Positions 52,995 to 63,018 are shown, numbered from the stretch's first letter. The stretch is 64,000 nt of DNA from an uncultured Clostridia bacterium (GCA_944372445.1 CALVZE010000003.1:1816-65815), one strand, 5' to 3'. A program made the numbers and translations. Notes: generated from the letters alone by a model not told the origin.

Positions 52995-53018
52995 AGGGTG
53001 CAGTTGCACTCTTTTTTA
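52995..53018 (+). terminator. Rho-independent terminator
   Basis: AGGGTG-cagttg-CACTCT plus TTTTT. The 3' half resembles 51801-51822. Confidence 0.65.
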
Positions 53019-53261
53019 TAGTAAAGTGCATTTTGAGGCTAGAAAGTTGTTATGTTGAATACATCTATGGACTAAGAGTGAAATATTTTGCTAATCTCAT
53101 TGATTTCTTAGAATGTGGTTAATGATTTTTAAGTGAGCAAGTTTTGTCTCCACGCTTGGTTAAATTCAAATAATACAAAAGAAATTTATATGTATATTTT
53201 TTTCAAAATCAAGCACAATATTACTAACAAGGAAACATCCTTGGAAAACGGGAGGTAAACT

Positions 53262-53408
53262 ATGTTCGGAAAGAAAAAAGCGTCCAGAAAGAACGCAAAT
53301 GCTGAGGCATCCAGTGAGAATGCTTCAAGAGCAAAGAACTGTGAAGCAGGAAAAGAAGCAAAATCTAGCAAAAACTGCAAATGTTCCAGTGCAAAAAACT
53401 GCAAATAG
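53262..53408 (+). CDS. 48-aa Lys/Cys-rich peptide with three (A/S)KNC repeats
   Basis: MFGKKKASRKNANAEASSENASRAKNCEAGKEAKSSKNCKCSSAKNCK. Strong RBS (GGGAGGT, 6 nt before the ATG). A near-perfect palindromic terminator follows. Confidence 0.55.
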   Translation: MFGKKKASRKNANAEASSENASRAKNCEAGKEAKSSKNCKCSSAKNCK

Positions 53409-53423
53409 TTGTTTCTCGTAAGG

Positions 53424-53450
53424 AAAAGCGCTTAAATTTAAGCGTTTTTT
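53424..53450. terminator. Bidirectional terminator
   Basis: AAAAGCGCTTAAA/TTTAAGCGTTTTTT palindrome between convergent genes. Confidence 0.7.
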
Positions 53451-54446
53451 CTATTTTCCCAACACGGCGAGGAAATCTTTTGGGAAGGGAACGCTGAAAA
53501 CAAAATCTCTATTTAACTCCATATTATGAAATTTTATGCTTTTTAGGTGGAGGTAACTGTGTGAGTATAGGTCGCTTATGCCGTAAAGTTTGTCGCCAAT
53601 TAGTGGGTGATTAATTGATGAAGCGTGCAAGCGTATTTGGTGGGTGCGTCCCTTAAATATTTCTGCTTTAACTAATGTTAAAGAATTATCTCTTTTAAAA
53701 CTTATATCATTTCTTTTTTCGCTCAAAGCTATTTTGTTTAAGACAGCTCGAAAATTTTTTAGTGTTTTACATCTAAAATTTATATACCTCATATCTTTTA
53801 AATGTCTAATAGGTGTAAAAGTTGTCTTTGCATATTGACCGAAGGGGGAAATAATGCGTTTTCTATTGTTTATGCCGTTTTCGATGACGGTGTAAATAGG
53901 CGCCTCAACGATTGTTTTTCTTTTAATATTGCCATGACAAACAGCATAATATTCCTTTTCAATATCGACCGTGTTTTGATAGGTGATTGTGTCTTTCGCT
54001 ACAAGAATAATGCCAGAAGCGTCCTTATCTAATCTATTCATTATTCTAAGGGTAAATTCGCTGTCATTGATATATGCACAAATCATGCCAGCAAGATTAT
54101 TATGATAATGGCTCTTTGATGGTGTGGTTGGAAGACAAGAAGGTTTATTGATGACGAGATAATACTCATCTTCATAGATGATGTCGAGCGGAGCATATAT
54201 TTTCTCAATCTCAGTGCCTTTAAAAGGATTTCTGTCAATTTTTAAAATGTCGCCAGATTTAAGAGGGTGGTTTATGTTTTCCGGTTTACCATTTATCATA
54301 ATTGCGCCAAAATATGAGCGCAAATTTTTTATAAAATGCTCACTAAAACTCTTTTGCTTTAAACATATATACACGCTTTCGTAACTTTTTTCGATTTTTA
54401 TCTCTAAGTATTTCATATTAGAATATTTTAACACTTTTTTGCTCAT
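53451..54446 (-). CDS. RluA-family pseudouridine synthase with N-terminal S4-like domain
   Basis: YEDEYYLVINKP, RLDKDASGIILVAK and GRTHQIRLHASSINHPLIGDKLYG. Confidence 0.85.
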   Translation of the reverse strand: MSKKVLKYSNMKYLEIKIEKSYESVYICLKQKSFSEHFIKNLRSYFGAIMINGKPENINHPLKSGDILKIDRNPFKGTEIEKIYAPLDIIYEDEYYLVINKPSCLPTTPSKSHYHNNLAGMICAYINDSEFTLRIMNRLDKDASGIILVAKDTITYQNTVDIEKEYYAVCHGNIKRKTIVEAPIYTVIENGINNRKRIISPFGQYAKTTFTPIRHLKDMRYINFRCKTLKNFRAVLNKIALSEKRNDISFKRDNSLTLVKAEIFKGRTHQIRLHASSINHPLIGDKLYGISDLYSHSYLHLKSIKFHNMELNRDFVFSVPFPKDFLAVLGK

Positions 54447-54472
54447 ATCTCAAAATAAATAAGGCAATTTAC

Positions 54473-54501
54473 TTGACAAAATTTTGCCGATATTTTATAC
54501 T
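54473..54501 (+). promoter_or_regulatory. Sigma-A promoter of the pheST leader
   Basis: TTGACA, 17-nt spacer, TATACT. Confidence 0.65.
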
Positions 54502-54507
54502 AAGCAT

Positions 54508-54745
54508 GTAAAAACGATGATGAAAGACTAGTAGGCTTGTGGTTTTTCTTACAGAGAGTCCTTTTTGCTGAGATAGGGCAGAAAAAGCAGGTTGAATTCA
54601 CTTTCTAGTTGCACCTTGAAAGATTTTCGAGTAGGGGTTGTCGCGTGGGCAGGCGTAATTGTCATAATGAGGTGCTTTTTAAGCATGAAGTTAGGTGGTA
54701 ACACGATTGATAATCGTCCTAATATTTTAGGGCGATTTTTTTTAA
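54508..54745 (+). promoter_or_regulatory. T-box riboswitch leader, Phe specifier (UUC)
   Basis: AGAGAG element, candidate specifier GAATTCA (UUC followed by A), T-box sequence AAGTTAGGTGGTAACACG (54688-54705), and terminator AATCGTCCTA-atatt-TTAGGGCGATT plus a T-run. Confidence 0.85.
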
Positions 54746-54773
54746 ATGAGGTGTTACATAAGGAGAGGAGAGT

Positions 54774-55793
54774 ATGAAAGAAAAACTTGAACAAATTTTG
54801 AAAGACGCACAAGGCGAAATCGAAAAGTGCGACGATGTAAAAATGCTTGATGAAGTTAGGGTTAAATTTTTAGGCAAACAAGGAGAGCTAACTTCAATAT
54901 TAAGAAATATGAAAGAGGTTCCACCAGAAGAACGAAAAACGGTGGGAATGCTTGCGAACGGTGTTCGAGAAAAGGTGGAAGAAGCTATCGCTAAGAAGGG
55001 CGAAAAACTTAATGAAACAGCTTTAAAACTTGCAATGGAGAAAGAGAAAATCGATATCACCATGCCAAGTAAAGGCGAAAAAAGAGGCGCACTTCATCCG
55101 CTCACTAGGTTCAACAATAAGTTTATGGACATTTGCGTGGCAATGGGCTTTACCGTCATTCAAGGTCCTGAAATTGACACCGATTATTATAACTTTGAGG
55201 CACTAAATGTGCCAAAAAATCATCCAGCTCGCGATATGCAAGATTCGCTATACATCACCGACAACATCCTTCTTCGCACGCAGACCTCAAACATGCAAGT
55301 GCATGCGATGGAAGAATTGAAGCCTCCATTTAAAATTGTTTGCCCGGGAAGAGTGTATAGAAACGATGATGATAGTTCTCATTCACCGATATTTAATCAA
55401 TTTGAGGCGCTTGTTGTGGATGAAAATGTTGGACTGAAAGACTTGATGAAGATGATTGATGTCATACTCAAAAAACTATTTGGCGAAAATGTAAAGATGA
55501 GAGTGCGACCAGCTTACTTCCCTTTCACAGAGCCGTCAATTGAAATTGATGCCACTTGTCAGATGTGTCAAGGCAAGGGTTGTTCGCTTTGCAAAGGAAC
55601 AGGGTTTTCCGAGGTATTCGGTGCTGGCGTTGTCAATCCAAAAGTTTTGGAAATGTCAGGAATAGACAGCAAAAAATATAGCGGATTTGCGTTTGGACCT
55701 GGTATTGATAGGAGCGTAATGGTGACCAATAAAATTCCTAACATCAAATATCTGTTTAGAAATGATATGCGTTTCTTAAAGCAAATGCGCTAA
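54774..55793 (+). CDS. pheS: Phenylalanyl-tRNA synthetase alpha subunit
   Basis: HPARDMQDSLY, class II motifs FRNDD...SH and GFAFGPGIDR. Confidence 0.95.
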   Translation: MKEKLEQILKDAQGEIEKCDDVKMLDEVRVKFLGKQGELTSILRNMKEVPPEERKTVGMLANGVREKVEEAIAKKGEKLNETALKLAMEKEKIDITMPSKGEKRGALHPLTRFNNKFMDICVAMGFTVIQGPEIDTDYYNFEALNVPKNHPARDMQDSLYITDNILLRTQTSNMQVHAMEELKPPFKIVCPGRVYRNDDDSSHSPIFNQFEALVVDENVGLKDLMKMIDVILKKLFGENVKMRVRPAYFPFTEPSIEIDATCQMCQGKGCSLCKGTGFSEVFGAGVVNPKVLEMSGIDSKKYSGFAFGPGIDRSVMVTNKIPNIKYLFRNDMRFLKQMR

Positions 55794-55914
55794 ATGATGT
55801 AGTGCTATGCTTGCATACTACACTATATATTGATTATCAACATTATTGATTGTGATACTTTTAAATAATTGAAAAGTTTAAAATTTGTATTTTAAATAGT
55901 TTAAGGAGAAGGTT

Positions 55915-58311
55915 ATGAAAATTTCATATAGTTGGCTTAAAGATTTTGTAGATATTGATATAGCCCCTGAGGAGCTTGCAGAAAAGCTTACTGTTTCTGG
56001 TTTCGAAGTTGAGGAAGTTATCTATCAAAACGAGCATCTTCATGATGTTTATGTGGGAAAAATCACGAAAATAGAAAAGCATAAAGACGCTGACAAGCTA
56101 CAAGTTTGCACGGTTGATGTTGGAGATAAAACTGTGCAGATTATCACCTCGGCAACAAATGTTTTTGAAGGTGCTGTTGTGCCTGTGTCTCTTGAAGGAG
56201 CTGACCTTTGCAATGGCGTCAAAATTAAGCCGACAAATTTTAGGGGCGTCAAGAGCGATGGCATGTTCTGCTCTGGTGAAGAACTCGGTATTGACGAAAA
56301 TTATATTGAAGGTGGCGGGGTTAACGGCATTTTGATTTTGCCTGAAAATACGAAGATAGGCGCAAAAATTGAGGACGCTCTTCTTCTCAACGATGTTGTG
56401 TTCGATGTCAATGTCACACCAAATCGTCCAGATTGCAACAGTGTGATAGGAATTGCGCGTGAAGTTTCGGCTATCTATGATGTGCCTTTAAAAGATGTTG
56501 ATTATTCCTATAAGACATGTGGCGGAAATGTCAATGATTATATAAGTGTGGAAGTAAAGACAAAGAAGTGTCCGCGCTATATGGCGTCATATATAAAAGA
56601 CTTAAATCTTTCGCGTTCTCCACTTTGGCTTAGGTCTAGACTTTTTGCTTGTGGAATTAAGCCGATAAACAAGATTGTTGATATAACAAATTATGTGCTT
56701 GTTGAGCAAGGTCAACCAATGCACGCGTTTGAATATAATCATCTTGCTGGCAAGAAGATTGTTGTGCGCGATGCAAAGAAAGGCGAAAAAATCGCTGTCT
56801 TAAATGGCAACACTTATGAGCTTGATGAAAATGACATGGTGATAGCGGACAGCGATAAGCCTGTGGTTATTGCAGGAATTATTGGTGGAGTTAATTCTTG
56901 TGTTGAGCCGTCAACAAAAGAAACCGTCTTTGAATGTGCCGTTTTTGACTTAAAAAGTGTTCGTCTTACAAGCAGAAAGATAGGAGTCAGCACTGATTCG
57001 TCGATGAGATATTCAAAAGGCGTCTATGTTGACACGCCAGTAAAAGCCTTGAAGCGTGCTTTACATCTTGTAAATGAACTTGACGCAGGAAAGATAGTTG
57101 ATGGTATTATCGATAAATGTGATGTGAAATCTAAGGCACACTCATTCACGGCTTCTATGAGTAAGATAGACAAAATCTTAGGGGTCGAAATTGATAGAAA
57201 TAGGGTTTTGCAGATTTTAAATAGCCTTGGAATAAAATCCTCTCTTTCAGGCGACAAACTTCATGTTGAACCGCCATACTATCGTGAAGATATTGAGTGT
57301 GAAAATGATATCGCCGAAGAACTCATCCGTATATATGGTTATGATATCTATAACAATCTTGAAGGTGAGGCTTTTGAAAATTCTTCTGTAACTGTCGGAG
57401 CTTATGAACCAAGACTTGTTTTTGAAAACAACTTAAAAAATGAACTTGTAGATTTTGGTTTCTATGAAACCTTAAACTATTCGCTATATTCCTCATCAGC
57501 TTGCGACAAACTTTTAATCGACGATGAAAGAAAGAATGTTATAAAGATAGCTAATCCTATAAGTGAAGAACTTTCGACTGTCCGAACGGTTATGGCGCAT
57601 GCGCTTCTTCTTGATATAAAATTCAATCTCTCAGTTGGAAATAAAGATTTACGCTTTTTTGAAGTAGGAAAGGTTTATCAGCCGAAAGCTCTGCCTTTAA
57701 AAGAACTGCCTGTTGAAAATAATAGACTTTCTATCGCTGTGTGTGAGGACGGTTATGACTTCTTTATGCTCAAAAATGTGGTTGAAAATTTACTTGTTGC
57801 GACATCGTTAAAATATAAATTAGAGCGTTCTACTGAGCCATATCTTCACAGCGGTGTCAGTGCCGACATCATTGCAGAAGATGGCAAAAAGGTGGGTTAC
57901 TTTGGCAAAATTCATCCAAAAGTATTAAAAAACTACGACATTTCGCACGATGTTTATTATGCCGAGCTTGACACAGACTATCTATCAAGCTTGAAGGAAA
58001 AGTTGTATAGCGTTAAGGAAGTGTCAAAATTTGCCGAGGTTGAGCGTGATATTGCCGTTGTGGTTGATGAAGAAATTACAAACGGAGAGCTTACTTCTGC
58101 AATAAAGTCTGCTTGCGGAAAGTTGTTTGCAGGCGCAGAGCTTTTCGATGTGTATAGAAACATAAGTCTAGGTGAAAATAAGAAGAGTATGGCATATAAA
58201 ATTCACCTTTTGAATGAAGAAAAAACTATGACTGCTGAGGAAATTAATGCTGTTATAAACAAAGTGCTGAAAAGTTTGGAATATCGCTATAAGGCAAAGC
58301 TTCGTGCGTAA
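55915..58311 (+). CDS. pheT: Phenylalanyl-tRNA synthetase beta subunit
   Basis: MKISYSWLKDFVDI N-terminus, plus tRNA-binding, B3/4, B5 and FDX-ACB domains. 798 aa. Confidence 0.95.
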   Translation: MKISYSWLKDFVDIDIAPEELAEKLTVSGFEVEEVIYQNEHLHDVYVGKITKIEKHKDADKLQVCTVDVGDKTVQIITSATNVFEGAVVPVSLEGADLCNGVKIKPTNFRGVKSDGMFCSGEELGIDENYIEGGGVNGILILPENTKIGAKIEDALLLNDVVFDVNVTPNRPDCNSVIGIAREVSAIYDVPLKDVDYSYKTCGGNVNDYISVEVKTKKCPRYMASYIKDLNLSRSPLWLRSRLFACGIKPINKIVDITNYVLVEQGQPMHAFEYNHLAGKKIVVRDAKKGEKIAVLNGNTYELDENDMVIADSDKPVVIAGIIGGVNSCVEPSTKETVFECAVFDLKSVRLTSRKIGVSTDSSMRYSKGVYVDTPVKALKRALHLVNELDAGKIVDGIIDKCDVKSKAHSFTASMSKIDKILGVEIDRNRVLQILNSLGIKSSLSGDKLHVEPPYYREDIECENDIAEELIRIYGYDIYNNLEGEAFENSSVTVGAYEPRLVFENNLKNELVDFGFYETLNYSLYSSSACDKLLIDDERKNVIKIANPISEELSTVRTVMAHALLLDIKFNLSVGNKDLRFFEVGKVYQPKALPLKELPVENNRLSIAVCEDGYDFFMLKNVVENLLVATSLKYKLERSTEPYLHSGVSADIIAEDGKKVGYFGKIHPKVLKNYDISHDVYYAELDTDYLSSLKEKLYSVKEVSKFAEVERDIAVVVDEEITNGELTSAIKSACGKLFAGAELFDVYRNISLGENKKSMAYKIHLLNEEKTMTAEEINAVINKVLKSLEYRYKAKLRA

Positions 58312-58320
58312 AGGAGAAAT

Positions 58321-59442
58321 ATGATTTTTCTTGATAATGCAGGAACAACAAAGATGTTTTCTGAATGTGTGGCAACATATTCTCATTTTGCATGCGATGA
58401 GTTCTATAATCCGTCTGCTGTTTCAAGGAAAAGTGCTTTTGTGCATGCCAAACTTGAAGAAGTCAGAAGAGATTGTTTGAAAAAGTTAGGCGCGTTAAAG
58501 GGGACTGTCGTCTTCACGGGCGGTGCCACTGAGAGCAATAATCTGGCAATAAAGGGCGCAGTCAAAAATGGCGACTATGAGTATGTTTTTTCAAATGGTG
58601 AACATCCTTCTGTTTTTAATATCGCGCGAAGTTTGGAAAATGAAGGGAAGGTCGTTAGGTTCGTAGGATTGGATGCTAATGGCAAGGTTAATTTAGACGA
58701 ACTTAGAAATATGCTAAATAAAAAGACTAAGCTTATAAGTTGTATGCTTGTCAGTAATGAAACGGGTGCTATAAACGATGTAAAACAAATTGTCGCACTT
58801 AGAAATGAACTTGCTCCAAATGCGCTTGTGCATATTGACGCGGTGCAAGGCTTTATGAAAATACCTTTTTCGGTCGAGGATTTAGGCGTTGATATGCTTT
58901 CGTTTAGCGCACATAAATTTCATGGACCAAAAGGTGTCGGAGGTCTATATGTTCGGTCGCTACAATTAATAAAAAACATAATTGACGGCGGTGGACAAGA
59001 ATATGGACTTCGTTCTGGCACGGAGAATGTTCCGGGTGTCATGGCTATGCAAACGGCACTATTAAAAATCGATGTGAAAGAAAATTTTAAAAAAGTGTCA
59101 AGACTAAAACAAATTTTTAACGACATAGTGGCTACTGAGAATGGTATAAAGATATTAGATTTTCATGGTTCGCCATATATTGAGGTGCTTTTATTTAGCG
59201 GAGTGAAAGGCGAAACTATGCTTCATGCCTTAGAAGAAAATGGCGTGATTGTCGGACTTGGTAGTGCTTGCTCTGCAAAAAAAGCAGGAAATCGCATTTT
59301 AGAAAACATCGGTTATAGTAAGGAAGAGATAATTTCCTCTTGTAGAATTAGTTTTAATGCGTATATGAATGAAAGTGAAGTAAGAGAGGCGGGCAAGATA
59401 ATAATTGAAACTTATATAGAGATGTTAAAGAGGCTAAACTAA
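58321..59442 (+). CDS. Cysteine desulfurase (NifS/IscS class V aminotransferase)
   Basis: PLP-lysine context SFSAHKFHGPKG and SGTENVPG. Coupled to thiI. Confidence 0.9.
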   Translation: MIFLDNAGTTKMFSECVATYSHFACDEFYNPSAVSRKSAFVHAKLEEVRRDCLKKLGALKGTVVFTGGATESNNLAIKGAVKNGDYEYVFSNGEHPSVFNIARSLENEGKVVRFVGLDANGKVNLDELRNMLNKKTKLISCMLVSNETGAINDVKQIVALRNELAPNALVHIDAVQGFMKIPFSVEDLGVDMLSFSAHKFHGPKGVGGLYVRSLQLIKNIIDGGGQEYGLRSGTENVPGVMAMQTALLKIDVKENFKKVSRLKQIFNDIVATENGIKILDFHGSPYIEVLLFSGVKGETMLHALEENGVIVGLGSACSAKKAGNRILENIGYSKEEIISSCRISFNAYMNESEVREAGKIIIETYIEMLKRLN

Positions 59443-60602
59443 TGGAAGAAAAAAAGGTGCTGTTACTCAAATTTGGTGAGTTGTTTTTAAAAGGTAAAAA
59501 CAAGCATGAATTTGAAAAATTATTAATGAATAATATTAGGCGTAAACTTAACGGCTATAATTTCTCTTTGCAGTATACAAGTGGAAGAATAATCCTTGAA
59601 AACTATGATGAGTTTGAAGAAAATATCATAATTCAAAAACTGAAAACGGTGTTTGGGCTTATTGGCGTTGCTAAGGCTGTTGAAATTGACGCTGATTATG
59701 AAAATATAAAAAAGTTTGTTTCTGGCATAAAAATATCTGGAACTTTCAAGGTTGTTGCAAAGCGTGCAGACAAGCGCTATCCACTTACCTCAGTTGAGCT
59801 TGAACGAAAGTTAGGTGAGGTGGTTTTAAATTCAAACGAAAAGGCAAAGGTAGATTTGCACACTCCAAACACCATTCTCTACGCGGAAGTGCGTTTTAAT
59901 GGAAAGTGCTACATATATTATGAAAATATAAAATGCTTCGGAGGACTTCCTCTTGGTTCTGGCGGAGAGGCGCTGTTGCTTTTATCTGGTGGTATCGACA
60001 GCCCTGTGGCAGGCTACCTCATGGCGAAACGCGGATTGAAACTCGAAGCCGTGCATTTTCATTCCTATCCTTACACAAGCGAGCAAGCAAAAGAGAAGGT
60101 TATAGAGCTAGCAAGAGAGCTCACAAACTATGTTGATGAAATTAAATTACATATTGTTTCTTTCACGAAAATTCAAGAACAGATACATATGAACTGCGAT
60201 GCGGAATACATGATAACTATCATGCGAAGAATTATGATGAGAATTGCCGAAAAAATTTGCAAAAAGGAAAACTTGGGCGCAATAATCACAGGCGAAAGTT
60301 TGGGGCAGGTGGCAAGTCAGACAATGCAAAGTATCAATGTGACAAACTCTGTTGTTACCCTTCCTGTCTTTCGTCCGCTAATTGGTTTTGACAAAGAAGA
60401 TATTATGGATATTGCAAAGAATATCGGCACCTATGAAACTTCCATTCTTCCTTATGAAGATTGTTGCACGGTGTTTTTGCCGAAATATCCTGTCATAAAG
60501 CCAACAATAAAAAGAGCTGAACATCTTGAAAAGTTTTTAAATATCGACCTCTTAGTAAACGAGGCGATTAATAACGAAGAGGTGGTAGTTATTAAAAATT
60601 AG
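59442..60602 (+). CDS. thiI: tRNA 4-thiouridine synthase ThiI
   Basis: THUMP N-terminus and PP-loop LLLSGGIDSPVA. Confidence 0.9.
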   Translation: MEEKKVLLLKFGELFLKGKNKHEFEKLLMNNIRRKLNGYNFSLQYTSGRIILENYDEFEENIIIQKLKTVFGLIGVAKAVEIDADYENIKKFVSGIKISGTFKVVAKRADKRYPLTSVELERKLGEVVLNSNEKAKVDLHTPNTILYAEVRFNGKCYIYYENIKCFGGLPLGSGGEALLLLSGGIDSPVAGYLMAKRGLKLEAVHFHSYPYTSEQAKEKVIELARELTNYVDEIKLHIVSFTKIQEQIHMNCDAEYMITIMRRIMMRIAEKICKKENLGAIITGESLGQVASQTMQSINVTNSVVTLPVFRPLIGFDKEDIMDIAKNIGTYETSILPYEDCCTVFLPKYPVIKPTIKRAEHLEKFLNIDLLVNEAINNEEVVVIKN

Positions 60603-60699
60603 TTTATAGAGCATGGCGAAAGTATGCAAGTCTTTCTATAAATATAATTTTTAAAAACATAAATTTCCACTTTTTTAAATTTATATAAAAAATTAATGT

Positions 60700-60789
60700 A
60701 TAAATATGCAAAATTTCACTTGCATATTTATTAATTTTATTGTATAATAATTAAAACAACCTGAATAAGTATAAATTTATATTTATGCA
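60700..60789 (+). promoter_or_regulatory. Putative ArgR operator sites overlapping the argR promoter
   Basis: Inverted repeat ATAAATATGCA (60700-60710) / TGCATATTTAT (60721-60731). A third copy, ATATTTATGCA, lies at 60779-60789. TGAATAAGTAT (60762-) looks like an ARG-box half-site. Promoter is TTGCAT (60720), 17-nt spacer, TATAAT (60743). Confidence 0.45.
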
Positions 60790-60842
60790 AAAATCTTTAC
60801 AAGTGCCTAAAACAGGCGCATGTAGCTGATAAGGAGAGAAAT

Positions 60843-61295
60843 ATGGCAAGAAGTTTAAGACAATCAAAAATCTTAGAGCTTATCTCAGTGAAGGAGATTG
60901 AAACTCAGGATGAGCTTGCGAAAGAGCTAAAAAATGCCAATTTTGACATCACGCAAGCCACAATTTCCAGAGATATTAAAGAGCTTGGACTTACCAAAAT
61001 TTTATCTTCTAGCGGTAAATACAAGTATGCGATTTTGGGTAACGAACAGCAGGGCGTGTCGAGCAAATATATAAATATTTTTAAGGAATGTGTCATCTCT
61101 GTTAAAAACGCTCTTAATCTTGCCGTGATTAAAACTATCAAAGGTATGGGAGGAAGTGTCGCTTCTTTTATCGACAAGCTTAATCTTATTGACCTTATGG
61201 GAACCACCTTTGGCGACGACACCGTGCTTTTAATTTTTCCGTCAACCGCGCTTTCTAGTGAGGCGGTTGTTACACTTAACAATATTTTAGTTTAG
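60843..61295 (+). CDS. argR: Arginine repressor
   Basis: RQSKILELI....I.TQDELAKELK..NFDITQATISRDIKELGL. Confidence 0.9.
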   Translation: MARSLRQSKILELISVKEIETQDELAKELKNANFDITQATISRDIKELGLTKILSSSGKYKYAILGNEQQGVSSKYINIFKECVISVKNALNLAVIKTIKGMGGSVASFIDKLNLIDLMGTTFGDDTVLLIFPSTALSSEAVVTLNNILV

Positions 61296-61303
61296 GAGGA
61301 AGT

Positions 61304-62956
61304 ATGCTTTCTTCTCTTTTTATTTCTAACTTTGCTCTCATTAAGACTTGCGAAATTAATTTTAATAAAGGCTTTAATGTCATTTTAGGTCAGTCAGGTG
61401 CTGGCAAGAGTATTCTCATTGATGCTATTAGTTTTGTTTTAGGCGCAAAGGCGGACAAGACATTTATGCGAACGGGCGAAAACTTAATGAAAGTCGAAGC
61501 TGTGTTTGATAATATAAGTGAAAAAACAAAGAAAAAACTTGAAGATATTGGAGTGGAATGTGATGACGAACTTATCATATCGCGTTCCTTAAACTCAGAC
61601 GGCAAAAGCGTCATCCGCGTCAACGGCTCCGTTATTGTCTTAAAAAATCTAAGAGATATCACTGAGGGCTTTGTTGATTTTTGTGGTCAGCATGACAGTG
61701 TCGGACTAATCAATGTTAACAATCACCTTACCTTTTTAGATAATTTTATCGGTCGCGAAGCAGAGGAATACTTAAAAATACTCGGTTCTTATTTTGATGA
61801 ACTTCAAGAAGTCGACAAAAAAATTAAAGCGTTGGGCGGAGATGATGCTGAACGAAATAGATTAAAGGAAATCTTAAAATTTCAAATAGACGAAATTGAA
61901 AACGCAAATCTCTCTATTGGCGAAGAGGAAGAACTTAAAGAAAAGTTTAATTATATTTCCTCTTCTGAAAAGATAAGCGAAAACCTAAACTTGGCACTTA
62001 ATTGCTTGGAGCGTGAAAGTATTTCGGCGACTGGATTAGTTTTTGATGCCAAAGCTCTTTTATTGTCACTTTCTCAATTTGAAAACATCTCAGATTGTCA
62101 AGATAGATTAAATAGCGCTTACTATGAGCTTAAAGACATTGCGGAAACCTTGGAAAATATTCTTGATAACACAGACTATGACCCGGTGAGTTTGGAGCGA
62201 ATTGACAAACGACTTGACTTAATCAAAGACTTAAAACGCAAATACGGGAAAAACATAGAAGAAATCTTAAAGTTTTTAGAAGATGCCAAAGGTAGGCTGG
62301 AAGAACTAAATAGTAGCGAAGAACTTTTAATTCTTTTAGATAAGCAAAAAGGCGAATTATTAGAGAAAATAAAGGAGATGTCTTCAAAACTTTCCACATT
62401 GAGAAAGGAAAAAGCAAAGATTTTTGAAAGTAAACTTGAAAATGAATTGAATGACCTACAAATGAAAGGCACAAGTTTTAAAGTTAATTTTGAGAAAATT
62501 GAACCTTCACGCAAAGGACAAGACGATGTCAAATTCATATTTTCGGCTAATGTTGGCGAAGAGCTTAAAGATTTATCTAAAACGGCATCAGGCGGAGAGC
62601 TTTCAAGACTTCTTCTTGCTTTTAAAAATATCATGCTTGACAAAGAAAGCACGGTTATCTTTGATGAGATTGACTCTGGTATAAGCGGTCAGACAGCAGG
62701 AAAAGTAGCAGAGAAACTTAGAAACATCTCAAAATTTCTTCAAACAATCTTAATCACTCATACGCCAGTGGTTGCAAGTAAGGGCGATGAGTTTATTTTG
62801 GTGACAAAAGAAAGTGTTGGCAATGAAACAATATCTCACGCGAAGATAATTCATGATGAGGAAGTTGTGAAAGAAATTGCCAACCTAATTGATGGAAGCG
62901 AAAAAATTTCAGAAACAGCCATAAATCACGCCAAAGAATTGTTGTTGAAGAAGTAA
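61304..62956 (+). CDS. recN: DNA repair protein RecN
   Basis: L.I.NFALI....I.F..GFNVILGQSGAGKSILIDAI and C-terminal ASGGELSR..LA..., FDEIDSGISG. Confidence 0.95.
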   Translation: MLSSLFISNFALIKTCEINFNKGFNVILGQSGAGKSILIDAISFVLGAKADKTFMRTGENLMKVEAVFDNISEKTKKKLEDIGVECDDELIISRSLNSDGKSVIRVNGSVIVLKNLRDITEGFVDFCGQHDSVGLINVNNHLTFLDNFIGREAEEYLKILGSYFDELQEVDKKIKALGGDDAERNRLKEILKFQIDEIENANLSIGEEEELKEKFNYISSSEKISENLNLALNCLERESISATGLVFDAKALLLSLSQFENISDCQDRLNSAYYELKDIAETLENILDNTDYDPVSLERIDKRLDLIKDLKRKYGKNIEEILKFLEDAKGRLEELNSSEELLILLDKQKGELLEKIKEMSSKLSTLRKEKAKIFESKLENELNDLQMKGTSFKVNFEKIEPSRKGQDDVKFIFSANVGEELKDLSKTASGGELSRLLLAFKNIMLDKESTVIFDEIDSGISGQTAGKVAEKLRNISKFLQTILITHTPVVASKGDEFILVTKESVGNETISHAKIIHDEEVVKEIANLIDGSEKISETAINHAKELLLKK

Positions 62957-63018
62957 ACAAAAATTGGAGTATTGTATGGAAAAGAAAAAGAGCGCAAGTC
63001 TGCACTTTTACTATTTGT

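Noticed and set aside
54549-54812. ORFs 54549-54812 (-) and 54592-54777 (+).
   Set aside because: They lie within the pheS T-box leader. The RNA motifs (specifier, T-box sequence and terminator) explain the region.
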